From positions 1 to 64,000 of the forward strand of contig JAOZFN010000017.1 of NCBI GenBank assembly GCA_027492205.1: a DNA stretch of 64,000 nt, given 5' to 3'. Shown here piece by piece: positions 36,945-46,633 of this stretch. The stretch comes from Thermoproteota archaeon (GTDB lineage: Archaea > Korarchaeota > Korarchaeia > Korarchaeales > Korarchaeaceae). Made by a program: the position numbers and the translations under genes. The notes beneath the pieces were generated by a model. It did no database searches, was not told the DNA's origin, and saw only the letters and a list, made by a program, of their open reading frames with translations. The number at the start of each line of letters is the position of its first letter. Positions within the stretch are counted from its first letter, which is position 1.

Positions 36945-37547
36945 ATGGGCAGGAGGGCCGTCGCCTTCGACTTGGACGGGACGCTGCTGACCCTGCCGGT
37001 ACCCTGGACGGAACTCAAGCTAAAGGTCTCTAAGGCGCTATCGAGGCCGGTTTACAGCTTCAGAGACCTCTTCAGGGAGCTGTGGGGAACCGAGGACTAC
37101 TGGACGGTAAGCTCCATGGTTGAAGAAGCCGAGGTTGAGGCGGTCTCAGGATCGGCTATGTTCTCAGAGGCCAAGACGGTCCTAGGGGGACTCGCCACCA
37201 GGTTTGACATCTACCTGATAACCCTTCAATCGAGGAGGGCGGCAGACGCCGCGCTCAGGTTTCACGGGATCAGGCGGCTGTTCCGGGGGCTCATAACGAG
37301 AGAGGACGGGCCCGACAGGCCCTCACAGGCCAGGGTCCTAGTGAGGCGGGTGGGGCGCGCCGTCTCCCTGGTCGATGATCACCTAGACCAGCTGGTCGAG
37401 GTCCAGGCGGCGGGGCTGGGTCTCAGGGAGATCTGGGTGTGCAGAGAAGGCTCGATAGACTGTGTGAGGAGGGCTGAACGTCTGGGCTTCAGGGGCGACG
37501 TGGTGAGGAGCCTCAGGGAGGTCCCGCTGCTCCTTAGCGGGGGGTGA
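36945..37547 (+). CDS. HAD family hydrolase
   Basis: FDLDGTL motif I; LVDD motif. Confidence 0.8.
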   Translation: MGRRAVAFDLDGTLLTLPVPWTELKLKVSKALSRPVYSFRDLFRELWGTEDYWTVSSMVEEAEVEAVSGSAMFSEAKTVLGGLATRFDIYLITLQSRRAADAALRFHGIRRLFRGLITREDGPDRPSQARVLVRRVGRAVSLVDDHLDQLVEVQAAGLGLREIWVCREGSIDCVRRAERLGFRGDVVRSLREVPLLLSGG

Positions 37548-38401
37548 CGGGCCTGATCACGTACATGCTCGAGGCCCTGGCGGCGGCCGTGATCTGGGGG
37601 CTCGTACCCCTCATGATCGAGTTCGCCGTCCGCAGGACCGACCCCGTCTACGTCAACGCGTGGCGCAACGTTGGGGCCGCGGCCGCGCTGATCCCGGTCT
37701 GCGTCTCCGAGGGGGTTCTGGGCATGAGCGCCCGGGCGGCGGCCTTCACGCTGGCCAGCGCGGCCGTGGGTCCGGGAATAGGCCTCCTGGCCTACACGGA
37801 GGCGCTTAACAGAGAGGGCCCCTCCAGGGTAGTACCCATATCCTTCACCTACGTCGTCTGGGCCCAAATGCTGGGAGGGGTCCTCTTCGGGGAGCCCGTC
37901 GGGCCGCTCACCCTGGCTGGAGCCCTCTTGTCTGTCTCGGGAATATGGGTGCTGTCGTCTGGCGGAGAGGCCCCCCGAGGATCCTCGGCCGTTGGACTAG
38001 CCCTCCTGACGTCGGCCTCTTGGGCCCTAGGCGCCGTCCTCTCCAGGGAGGCGTTGTTCTACGCTCACCCGCTCACGGTGGCCGCCTGGAGGGCCGCTGC
38101 GCTGGCGGCGGCCTTCTCAGGCTGGTACGCTCTCCGCGGATCCTCTTTGTCCAGGGACCCCCCGGCGGCGGGGGTCTCGGCGGCCAGCGGCACCTTAGGG
38201 CTGGGGGTGGGGCTCGTACTCTACTACACGGCCATGGAGGTCCTGGGGGTTGGGCCTTCGTCTCTGGCCAGCTCGGTCACACCACTAGTGTCGCAGGTCG
38301 CCGGGAGGCTGGTCAGCGGGGAGCCTCTGAGCGCCAGGATATTAGCGGGCGGGATACTGATCAGCCTGGGGCTCGCCATGGTTGCGCTCCAGCTCACGTG
38401 A
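37544..38401 (+). CDS. DMT/EamA family transporter
   Basis: About 10 TM helices in two repeats; LFGEP and SGEP motifs. Confidence 0.85.
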   Translation: MTGLITYMLEALAAAVIWGLVPLMIEFAVRRTDPVYVNAWRNVGAAAALIPVCVSEGVLGMSARAAAFTLASAAVGPGIGLLAYTEALNREGPSRVVPISFTYVVWAQMLGGVLFGEPVGPLTLAGALLSVSGIWVLSSGGEAPRGSSAVGLALLTSASWALGAVLSREALFYAHPLTVAAWRAAALAAAFSGWYALRGSSLSRDPPAAGVSAASGTLGLGVGLVLYYTAMEVLGVGPSSLASSVTPLVSQVAGRLVSGEPLSARILAGGILISLGLAMVALQLT

Positions 38402-38438
38402 TCGAGCGAAGGGTTCTTCGCCGGTGAACGCGCGGATA

Positions 38439-38834
38439 TCAGCTGTAGCCGGTCCTCTCCAGTTCTTCTGCGAGCATTCTGCCTATCCTGCTCATCTCAT
38501 ACTTGATCAGTCCCAGCTTGGAGTTCTTTCCGGCCAGCACGACGAGGAGAGCGTCACCATTTACGGGCTTCACTATCACGAATCCCTTGGAGCCGCTCAC
38601 CAGCGCTGTCTCGAACTCCCCCCTGTCCAGCTCGGCCCCAATCTTCTCGGCCACCGAGAGGAGGGCCGCGCTCATTGCGGCCACCCTGTCCTCGTCTGCG
38701 CCTCCTTCCAGAGAAGAGGCCATGATGAGTCCATCGTAGCTCACCAGCGCGGCAGCCTCGACGCCTGGGCAGTCGTAGGCCATGAACCTCAGCAGCCTCT
38801 CCAGCCTCTCGGAGAGGGAGGCCTCCCCGTACAT
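38439..38834 (-). CDS. Roadblock/LC7 domain protein
   Basis: VEAAALVSYDGLIMASSL...DRVAAMSAALLS...KLGLI. Confidence 0.9.
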   Translation of the reverse strand: MYGEASLSERLERLLRFMAYDCPGVEAAALVSYDGLIMASSLEGGADEDRVAAMSAALLSVAEKIGAELDRGEFETALVSGSKGFVIVKPVNGDALLVVLAGKNSKLGLIKYEMSRIGRMLAEELERTGYS

Positions 38835-38937
38835 GGAGAATCGCTCCTACCCGAGGCTCGGAAGTGATAAGTTTTACACTCATGAATGGAAGGTCTCGCG
38901 CGCTTGATCCAAATCGAACCTCTCGGGGGCGGGCTGG

Positions 38938-40521
38938 CTAGGAGAGGAGCCTCGTCACCCTGCCCATCCCCTTGGTCCTGCCCTCCCTGAAGAAGAACAC
39001 GTCGCCCTCGTTGATGTACTCCGGCCTGATCTTGAACCTGAAGACGGCCGTGTCAACGTCCCCGCTCCTGAGGACGCCCTTGGTGCAGTAGACCAGCTTC
39101 GCGCTCTGCCTTATGGTCTTGAGCTGTATCACTGGCTCGTAGCCGGGCCTTATCGTGGTGGGGTGGTGGAGGACCCTTATCTTGGCCTCGAACTCCCTCA
39201 CCGCCCTGGGCCTCTCGTTCAGATCGAGGAGGACCATGCCCCTCCGGACCTCGTCGTACTCGACGTTTGCGAGGGCGAATCCGGCCATCTGCCCGGCGAC
39301 CGCCCTCTCAACGGGGAGCCTGTTCACGTGGATCGACCTGACCCTCACCGTCCTGAAGGAGCCGTCGTCGAACGGACCGAGGAGGACCCTGTCTCCCGCG
39401 GACACCGAGCCCGACTCGACCAGCCCGGAGACCACCAGCCCGACCCCGGAGACGTCGAACTTCTCGTCGACGTAACTCAGGAACCTCCCACCCTGCTTCT
39501 CGGACCAGTCCAGCCTGGGCGGGAGCATGTTGATGAAGGACTTCAGGAGGTCGAGGCCCTCGCCCGTGACGTTGGACACCAGGAATATCGGCGCTACCCT
39601 TCCGTGAGGCATGTTCCTCGCCGCCACGGCGGCGTCTCCCGGGGACTTCACGACGAACGGGATCTTGTTGACTCCCGGGAGCTTCAGGTAGGCCTCGATG
39701 TCCCTGAGGGTCCTCCCCAGCACCTCAGGGGGCGCCATGTCGACCTTGGTCACCACCACGAAGACCGGAATCCGGAGGGCGACCGCCATGCCCAGGTGCT
39801 CCCTGAAGCTCCCTATGGGTCCGGCGTTTCCGGCCACGACCATGCAGGCATAGTCTGGGGCGGAGCCCAGGACGCCCCTCATGGTGGTCTTGAGGTAGCG
39901 CTCGTGCCCCGCCAGGTCCACCAGGGTGACGACCTTCGAGGCCCTGAGGTAGACCTGGGCCTCGTCGTAGGCCCCTAGCTCGTCGTTGACGCTCCTCCCC
40001 CTCTCGTCGAACCCCAGGACGTGAAAGGTCACGCTGGAGGACCTGCGGAACTTCAGCTCGTGCAGGTACCTGGCCACCATGCTCATGGCCAGGCCGTCCC
40101 CGTCGTCCAGCTGGCCGTACACCAGGACCCCCTTCAGGGTGGACTTTCCGGCGTCCACGTTGCCGAGGAGGACCACGGAGACCTGTATCGGCGGGGTGTC
40201 GACGGTCCTCCTGATCAGGAGCTCGTAGACGTGCCCCCTCTTGGCCCTCTCCTTCCTCACGACGATGTAGGAGGCGCCGACTATCTCGCAAACCTGCTCC
40301 ATCACCTGGAGGGACCTCTCGGCCTCCTCATCGGTCAGCCCCACCGGCTCTCCGTCGTCCGTCACGCCAAGCTCGTAGAACGCCTCGCCCCCGCCCTCGT
40401 TGAGCCGGTAGTTCAGCTGGGTGGCGAGCTTCTGGACCCTCTCTGGCGTGGAGGGATCGAGCCTGAGCTTGTACTCCACGCAGCCCTCGTCCCTCTCGGG
40501 CTCACGGGCGGGGGGCATCAC
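38938..40521 (-). CDS. GTPBP1-like translational GTPase
   Basis: EGCVEYKL N-domain, GNVDAGKST, LDDGDG, DLAGHERYLKTT, TKVD, HHPTTI, FREGRTKGMG. Confidence 0.9.
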   Translation of the reverse strand: MMPPAREPERDEGCVEYKLRLDPSTPERVQKLATQLNYRLNEGGGEAFYELGVTDDGEPVGLTDEEAERSLQVMEQVCEIVGASYIVVRKERAKRGHVYELLIRRTVDTPPIQVSVVLLGNVDAGKSTLKGVLVYGQLDDGDGLAMSMVARYLHELKFRRSSSVTFHVLGFDERGRSVNDELGAYDEAQVYLRASKVVTLVDLAGHERYLKTTMRGVLGSAPDYACMVVAGNAGPIGSFREHLGMAVALRIPVFVVVTKVDMAPPEVLGRTLRDIEAYLKLPGVNKIPFVVKSPGDAAVAARNMPHGRVAPIFLVSNVTGEGLDLLKSFINMLPPRLDWSEKQGGRFLSYVDEKFDVSGVGLVVSGLVESGSVSAGDRVLLGPFDDGSFRTVRVRSIHVNRLPVERAVAGQMAGFALANVEYDEVRRGMVLLDLNERPRAVREFEAKIRVLHHPTTIRPGYEPVIQLKTIRQSAKLVYCTKGVLRSGDVDTAVFRFKIRPEYINEGDVFFFREGRTKGMGRVTRLLS

Positions 40522-40540
40522 GGGAGTTGAGGGCTCCGAC

Positions 40541-40933
40541 TTAATAATTGGGGGGTCCAGGCCGGGTCCTCCCCGAGAGGCGCCTCAGCAGGCCCAGGTC
40601 GTCGACGAGCGGCACCCCCCCCACCACGTCGTCGATGACGGGGGCCCCCTTCTCCACCAGCCTCTCGACGTCCTCGGGCCTGAGCGGGATGGGCTCAATC
40701 CCCGGGAGGAGGTGGGGTCGTAGGAGATCGTACCTCTCGAGTGGGTTCTTGGGCAGGGACGGGGAGACTACCAGGACGTCTATGTCACTCCAGGCGTTGA
40801 AGTCACCCCTCGCGGTCGATCCGATCACTATCACGGAGGCGGGACGCACGAGGTCTAGGATGGACTCGGCGAATATCCTGGCCCTCCTCAGCCTCTCTTC
40901 CCTCTCCCTCCTCCTCCTCTCAATGACCCCCAC
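40541..40933 (-). CDS. Minimal nucleotidyltransferase (MNT)
   Basis: IGSTARGDFNAWSDIDVLVVS. Confidence 0.9.
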   Translation of the reverse strand: MGVIERRRREREERLRRARIFAESILDLVRPASVIVIGSTARGDFNAWSDIDVLVVSPSLPKNPLERYDLLRPHLLPGIEPIPLRPEDVERLVEKGAPVIDDVVGGVPLVDDLGLLRRLSGRTRPGPPNY

Positions 40934-41310
40934 TTCTCCTCGACGAACTCGATCACCCTCCTGGCATAAAAAATGGCCTCCTCCGCCTCCCTCCTCGTGT
41001 AGTACTCGTGGGGGGATCCCTCTGACCACATGTCCGCGTACCTCGGCGCCGTGTAGAATTTGTCCAGCCTCGCGCAGGCATCCCTCACGTCGTCGGGAAC
41101 CTCTCCAATAAGCTCCGAGAGCCTCAGCAGGCTGTGCCCAAAGGCAGGCTGCCCCACGCCCCAGAGGTACGCTTTGAGGGCGTACTCTGCGGCCTGCTGG
41201 GACTTGAAGCAGGCCCAGTTGTAGTCTCCGCCCTCCAGGTCCCTAATGGCTGATCGGAGCGTGTGCCTGGCGCTGCCCATCCAGCGCCTGAACTCCTCCT
41301 CGTCGAACAT
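40888..41310 (-). CDS. HEPN domain protein (HEPN-MNT pair)
   Basis: YNWACFKSQQAAEYALKA...GHSL...LDKFYTAPRY; overlaps the MNT gene. Confidence 0.9.
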   Translation of the reverse strand: MFDEEEFRRWMGSARHTLRSAIRDLEGGDYNWACFKSQQAAEYALKAYLWGVGQPAFGHSLLRLSELIGEVPDDVRDACARLDKFYTAPRYADMWSEGSPHEYYTRREAEEAIFYARRVIEFVEEKWGSLRGGGGRGKRG

Positions 41311-41407
41311 TCGGGGCGGGTCCCGCCGGCTTCAAAATAGGTGTTTGGTGGGATCCGGGGGGCCTGCGCGGCGGCCGTTATTAGTGGGGTCGGGCGCGAA
41401 CTCAGGG

Positions 41408-43765
41408 ATGGCCACCACACCCTCCGAGGGGAGGGCCGGGAGGTGGCTCTCCAGGCTCCTCCTGCTGGAGCGGCCCGGGGTCGAGATGGTCCGAACCCCG
41501 GAGACGGAGAGGCTCCTCAAGAAGAGGGTGGACGTGCTGGTTCCGGAGTCCGCCAGGCCCCTGGAGGAGGCGGTCCTCCACCACCTGTGCGGAGAGGTCG
41601 TCGACGGGGTTCCCCCGCCTAGGGTCATCGTCCTCCTGGGACCCCTCGGCTCGGGGAAGACGGCGGTGTGCGAGAAGATAGCCCAGGAGGCTGCGGCAAG
41701 GTCGAGGGCGCTGGAGGTCAAGTTCGTGAGCCCCAGCGACGTGTTCAGCAAGTGGTACGGCGAGAGCGAGAGGAGGGTGGCCTCTCTCTTCTCAGTGCCC
41801 AGGGGGAGGAGCAGGCTCGTCGTCTTCGACGACTTCGACAGCTTCGTGTCCGTGGACGTCTCCTCGATGGACCTGGACAGCCCCGGACAGGTCGCCGACC
41901 TCAGGGTGAGGGACGAGCTGGTCCACAGGCTGGACGAGCTCGCCTCTGGGGACGAGGCCATCGTGGTGGTGTTCACAAGCAACTCCGACCGGGTGATCCC
42001 GGACTACAAGAAGAGGGCCAGGATCGTCAGGCTGACGTACAGCAGGGAGGAACTCGTCCAGGTCACGAGGATCCTACAGGAGAGGTATGGGGTCGAGGCG
42101 GACCCCGAGGAGGTGCTGGAGGCCGTGGAGGAGGCCGTCTTCACCCTGGGGTACAGGTACGTGGTACCCGGAGACCTGGAGAACGTCCTCTACTCGGCGG
42201 CCGAGGAGGCGCGGAGGGAGGGGAGGAGGGCGACCATCCAGGACGTCAGGGCGAAGGCGCTGAGCGCGAAGGACTACGCGGAGTCCACCGTCCTTGACGC
42301 GGCCCTCATGATCAAGCCGAAGACCACGCTCAGGGACGTGGGCGGGATGTGGAGGGTGAAGAGGGCCGTCGTCGTTCCCGTGGCCGTGGTGATGATGAGC
42401 CCGAGCGTCGAGGCCCCCAGGGGGATCCTGCTGTACGGCCCGCCGGGCACCGGGAAGACCACGCTGGCCAGGGCCCTTGCCGGGACCTTCAATGCCACCT
42501 TCCTCTACGTCAAGCTGACCGACATATATGGCCACAGGGACCCCCTGAAGGTGCTCAGCGACGTCTTCAGGGAGGCGAGGAAGAGGCAGCCCAGCATCCT
42601 GTTCTTCGACGAGTTCGACGCCATAGCCGCGGACAGGAGGGTCAACCCGGTGGCCGCCAGAATAGTGAACCACCTCCTACAGGAGATGGAGGGGCTCCTG
42701 CAGGGCAGGAACAGGATCATCGTGATAGCCGCCACGAACTTCGTGGAGAGGGTCGACCCGGCGATAATCTCGAGGTTCCAGCCCAACGTGATCTACGTCG
42801 GGCTGCCGGAGACCTACGAGGAGCTGAGGGAGATACACGAGGTCTACGTGAGGAGGTACGGGGCCTCGTTCACGGCCGAGGAGGCTCTCAGGCTGGTCGG
42901 ACTTAGGGTGAGGGTGCCCAGGATGATATCGAGGCTCTACGAGGAGGCCGAGAGGCTCAGGCAGGCGGAGCTCGTCTCGGAGCTCGTGGACGACTGCCTC
43001 CTGGGAGGGATCTTCGAGGAGCACAGGAGGAGGCGGAGGGCCATAGAGGAGAGGCACGGCCGCGGCGACGGATATCCCCTGAGGCTGGAGCACCTGTCAG
43101 AGGCCCTGAGGAGGTTCACCGGTCTGAGCGAGACCCTGAACGCGATCTCCGTCTCGGCCACCCCCGGGGGAGATAGGGTCGTGGGCAGGGCCATGGCCGT
43201 CGCCTCGCTGAGCGACAGCGGCGAGGGGGTGGTGTTCCCTGTCGAGGCGGTCTCATCGACAGAGAGGCGGGGCGTGGAGGTGCTCGGGGCCGACGAGACC
43301 GTCCTGGAGTCGGCGAAGGCCGCTAGGGCCTGGCTCGCCCAGAGGCTGCCGGAGGCCGACAGGCGCGGCTGGACCGTCCAGTTCATCACGCCAGCGGAGG
43401 GATCCCCCCAGAGGCCCTCTGGGCCAAGCGCGGGCCTGGCCATCGCCGTCGCGATGTGGAGCGAGCTCACAGGGACCCCGATCAGGCAGGACGTCGCCCT
43501 ATCGGGCAAGGTCTCCGCCAAGACGGGGGTCGTCGGGCCCGTGGGCGGGTGGGACAGCGCCAACACGGGAAAGATCTCGGCGGTCCTCGCGGCAGACTGG
43601 GTCAGCTGCGTGGTCATCCCGGAGGCTAACAGGTTCGAGTACGGGGTGGAGGTCAGGGAGAACCTTGCCGTGAGGGAGCTGGAAAGGAGGGGCAAGAGGG
43701 TGGTGTTCGTGAGGACCGTTGACGAGGCCATCGAGGTGGCCTCCGGGGGGCGGGGCTCGGAGTGA
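41408..43765 (+). CDS. Tandem AAA+ ATPase fused to a C-terminal Lon (S16) protease domain
   Basis: GPLGSGKT/SKWYGESE/VVFDDFD; GPPGTGKT/FFDEFD/AATN...DPAIISRF; SGPSAGLAIAVA...DVALSG...PVGG...GKI. Confidence 0.8.
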   Translation: MATTPSEGRAGRWLSRLLLLERPGVEMVRTPETERLLKKRVDVLVPESARPLEEAVLHHLCGEVVDGVPPPRVIVLLGPLGSGKTAVCEKIAQEAAARSRALEVKFVSPSDVFSKWYGESERRVASLFSVPRGRSRLVVFDDFDSFVSVDVSSMDLDSPGQVADLRVRDELVHRLDELASGDEAIVVVFTSNSDRVIPDYKKRARIVRLTYSREELVQVTRILQERYGVEADPEEVLEAVEEAVFTLGYRYVVPGDLENVLYSAAEEARREGRRATIQDVRAKALSAKDYAESTVLDAALMIKPKTTLRDVGGMWRVKRAVVVPVAVVMMSPSVEAPRGILLYGPPGTGKTTLARALAGTFNATFLYVKLTDIYGHRDPLKVLSDVFREARKRQPSILFFDEFDAIAADRRVNPVAARIVNHLLQEMEGLLQGRNRIIVIAATNFVERVDPAIISRFQPNVIYVGLPETYEELREIHEVYVRRYGASFTAEEALRLVGLRVRVPRMISRLYEEAERLRQAELVSELVDDCLLGGIFEEHRRRRRAIEERHGRGDGYPLRLEHLSEALRRFTGLSETLNAISVSATPGGDRVVGRAMAVASLSDSGEGVVFPVEAVSSTERRGVEVLGADETVLESAKAARAWLAQRLPEADRRGWTVQFITPAEGSPQRPSGPSAGLAIAVAMWSELTGTPIRQDVALSGKVSAKTGVVGPVGGWDSANTGKISAVLAADWVSCVVIPEANRFEYGVEVRENLAVRELERRGKRVVFVRTVDEAIEVASGGRGSE

Positions 43766-44376
43766 CTAGGAGGGGGCTGGGCGCCCTGATAGCCGCGCTG
43801 GCCTACGCCCTGACCGTCATCCACGTCACGTGGGCGGGCATGACGCACTTCGGCCAGGTAACGTTGGAGCTGGACGCGAGCTCGGAGTCGACTCTGGTAG
43901 TCAGGAACCTGGCCGGGAGGAGCGCTGTCGTGAGGCTCGTCTTCGTGGGGGACAGGAGGATCCAGGTGGGCCGGAACGTGGGTCCTGGGGGCCTGGTGAG
44001 GGTGGACCTGGGTGGGCCGAGCGGAGAGAGGATCCTGGTCGTCACAGATGCCGGGGAGTGGGTGCTGTTCCCCGGGGGAAAGAGGGTGGTGACGAACAGG
44101 CTGACCAGCCAGGCGGCCCTCGTCGTCGTATCGGTCTGGACGCTGTTCCCGCCACTGGTGGTGTTCCTGTGGGAGTACTTCAAGGGGGTGAGGGGGGTAG
44201 CCGCCCCCTACCTCCTGGCCTACGCGCCCACGGCGGCCTCGTGCCTCCACGCCGGAGGGGCCTGGGCGGCCTTCTCTCCCCTGGTGTCGTCCCTGGCGGG
44301 GAGCGCCTCGGCCCTCCTACTGTCGGAGTACGCCAGGAGGAGGTTAATTGTCGAGGAGGGGGCGAGGGAGGGGTGA
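43762..44376 (+). CDS. Hypothetical membrane protein
   Basis: N-terminal TM helix, beta-rich loop, about three C-terminal TM helices; GTGA overlap with the AAA-Lon gene. Confidence 0.65.
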   Translation: MTRRGLGALIAALAYALTVIHVTWAGMTHFGQVTLELDASSESTLVVRNLAGRSAVVRLVFVGDRRIQVGRNVGPGGLVRVDLGGPSGERILVVTDAGEWVLFPGGKRVVTNRLTSQAALVVVSVWTLFPPLVVFLWEYFKGVRGVAAPYLLAYAPTAASCLHAGGAWAAFSPLVSSLAGSASALLLSEYARRRLIVEEGAREG

Positions 44377-44383
44377 GGGTGGG

Positions 44384-45577
44384 TCAGGCCAGGGCCTCGA
44401 GCCTCACCCCCTTGGTCTCCGGGACGGTCCAGATCAGGGCAGCGGCGAGAAGCACAGCCACCGCAGCGGCCATGAGGCCGGCGTTAAACCCGGCAAGGCC
44501 GGCGACGTAGCCCAGCAGGACCGGGGCGGCGAACGAGACGGCCCTAGCCCCGTTGTAGCACAGGGAGGCCCCGGTCGCCCTGACCCTCGTCGGAAAGATC
44601 TCGCCGAAAAGCGCCCCGTAGACCGAGAAGAACCCGCAGGCAAACGTGTTTGCGGCCAGGGCCGCGAATCCCGTAAGCCCGGGCCCGGCTGCCGTCAGCC
44701 CCAGGACCGAGGCGGCGAACATGGCGGCGTAGATGGTGAAGGTCGGCCTCCTCCCGATCCTGTCCGCCGCGACGCCGAAGAGCGCGTGCCCGAACCACCC
44801 AATGAGCCAGGAGGCCCCGACGAAGGTCGCCGACCTGACCATGGACATGCCCTTGACGGTCTCTAGGTAGGCCGGAGCCCAGGACCAGAGCGTGTAGAAG
44901 GCGAACATCCCGAGGGACGCGAGGGCGAGGCCCTTGAGCGTCCTCCCGATCAGGTCCCCGTGGAAGAGCTGGCGCAGGGTGGGCCACCCAGCCTTCTCGG
45001 AGAGCTCGGGCGGGAGTTCGCCCCTATCTTTGGCCCTCTTGTACTCCAGCCAGAGCCTCGACTCGGGCATCTTCCCCCTGACGACCACGAGCAGGAGTAT
45101 GGGGAGTACGGCCACGGCGAATCCCGCCCTCCAGCCGAACCTCGACATGACGAGGGCCGCGTCCGTAGAGGCTATGGCCATGCCTATGGGCCAACCCGCC
45201 TGCGTGAGGCCCACCATGCTTCCCCTGGTATCTGGGGGCCAGACCTCGTTCAGGATCGCCATGCCTAGGCCCCACTCCCCGCCGATGCCCAGGCCGGCCA
45301 CGAACCTGAACAGGGCGACCTCCCAGAGGTTCCCGCTGAGGGCCGTGAGCCCGGTGGCCACGCTGTAGAGGGCAATGTCAAGCATGAGTCCCCTCTTCCT
45401 GCCTATCGCGTCGGCTATGACCCCAAAGAGCACCCCGCCCAGCCCCGTGGCCACCAGCTGCAGCCCGAACACGGAGCCGATGACCGTCTTGGAGACGCCG
45501 AACTCGGCCATCATCTGATTGAGCGCGAAGGATAGGACCGAGAAGTCAAAAGCGTCAAAGGCCCAGCCAGCCACCAC
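44384..45577 (-). CDS. MFS transporter (sialate/carboxylate-like)
   Basis: GWAFDAFDF, ADAIGRK, GIGGEWG, EIFPTRVRATG; frame extends to an ACG at 45622. Confidence 0.9.
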   Translation of the reverse strand: MVAGWAFDAFDFSVLSFALNQMMAEFGVSKTVIGSVFGLQLVATGLGGVLFGVIADAIGRKRGLMLDIALYSVATGLTALSGNLWEVALFRFVAGLGIGGEWGLGMAILNEVWPPDTRGSMVGLTQAGWPIGMAIASTDAALVMSRFGWRAGFAVAVLPILLLVVVRGKMPESRLWLEYKRAKDRGELPPELSEKAGWPTLRQLFHGDLIGRTLKGLALASLGMFAFYTLWSWAPAYLETVKGMSMVRSATFVGASWLIGWFGHALFGVAADRIGRRPTFTIYAAMFAASVLGLTAAGPGLTGFAALAANTFACGFFSVYGALFGEIFPTRVRATGASLCYNGARAVSFAAPVLLGYVAGLAGFNAGLMAAAVAVLLAAALIWTVPETKGVRLEALA

Positions 45578-45760
45578 GACGAACAGCGTCCAATACCTCT
45601 CAGAGCGGGTGTACTCGGCCGTCCCGGGTCACCGGCGCGGTCTTCGGCATTTCAGTTAAAAGTTTGGCCACTTGGGGGCGACCTCGCGGGAGGACACGGG
45701 CCACGCGCGCCCGCCGGAGGCTGGGTAACCTTTTTCGATTCGTCCGGACGTCGGAGTAAG

Positions 45761-46633
45761 GTGCTCGTAAGGCCTCTCGCGTTCGACTCCATGGGCGTCC
45801 GCAGCATGGCCACGTACGTGGAGACGAGGGACGTGAGCCTGCTGATCGACCCGGGCGTGGCCCTGGCGCCGAGGAGGTTCGGCCTGCCTCCCCACGACGT
45901 GGAGAGGGAGAGGCTCAGGAGCCTCGCCAGGGTCATAGAGGAGCACGCCAGGCGGGCCCGGATTCTGGTTGTGACGCACTACCACTACGACCACCACGAC
46001 CTGGGGAGGAGGATACCCCTGGACGTGTACGACGGCAAGCTCGTGTTCGTGAAGCACCCAGAGGAGAACATCAACAGGAGCCAGGCGGTCGTGAGGGCGC
46101 CCAGGTTCCTCAAGGCCATAGAGGGGCGGCCCGAGAGACTGGAGTACGCCGACGGAAGCTACCTGCGCGTGGGCGACACGGAGATCCTGTTCTCTGAGGC
46201 CGTGCCGCACGGGGCGGACTCCAGGCTGGGTTACGTCGTTCAGGTGGCGGTGAAGGAGGGAGACGAGACCTTCCTGTTCACGTCAGACGTCGAGGGGCCC
46301 GCGCTGAGGGAGCAGCTGAGGTTAGCACTCGAGGTGAACCCGACCGTCGCCTACGTGGACGGCCCCATGACCTACATGCTGGGCTTCAAGTACCCCGAGG
46401 AGATCCTGAGGGCGTCGGTCGAGAACCTGCTCAAGCTGATCTCCGAGACCCACCTCCGGACGATCGTCCTGGACCATCACTTCGCCAGGGACCTGGGCTG
46501 CTGGGAGCACCTCTCGGAGGTCGTGTCGGCGGCCAGGGAGAAGGGGGTGAAGCTCATCCTGGCGGCCCAGGAGGCCGGCCAGGACGTCAACATGCTGGAG
46601 GCCCGCAGGCGGGAACTCTACGGTAGGGCCTGA
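45761..46633 (+). CDS. UPF0282 metallo-beta-lactamase-fold hydrolase
   Basis: PLAFDSMGVRSMAT, IDPGVALAPRRFGLPP, THYHYDHH, SDVEGP, DHHFARD. Confidence 0.9.
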   Translation: MLVRPLAFDSMGVRSMATYVETRDVSLLIDPGVALAPRRFGLPPHDVERERLRSLARVIEEHARRARILVVTHYHYDHHDLGRRIPLDVYDGKLVFVKHPEENINRSQAVVRAPRFLKAIEGRPERLEYADGSYLRVGDTEILFSEAVPHGADSRLGYVVQVAVKEGDETFLFTSDVEGPALREQLRLALEVNPTVAYVDGPMTYMLGFKYPEEILRASVENLLKLISETHLRTIVLDHHFARDLGCWEHLSEVVSAAREKGVKLILAAQEAGQDVNMLEARRRELYGRA

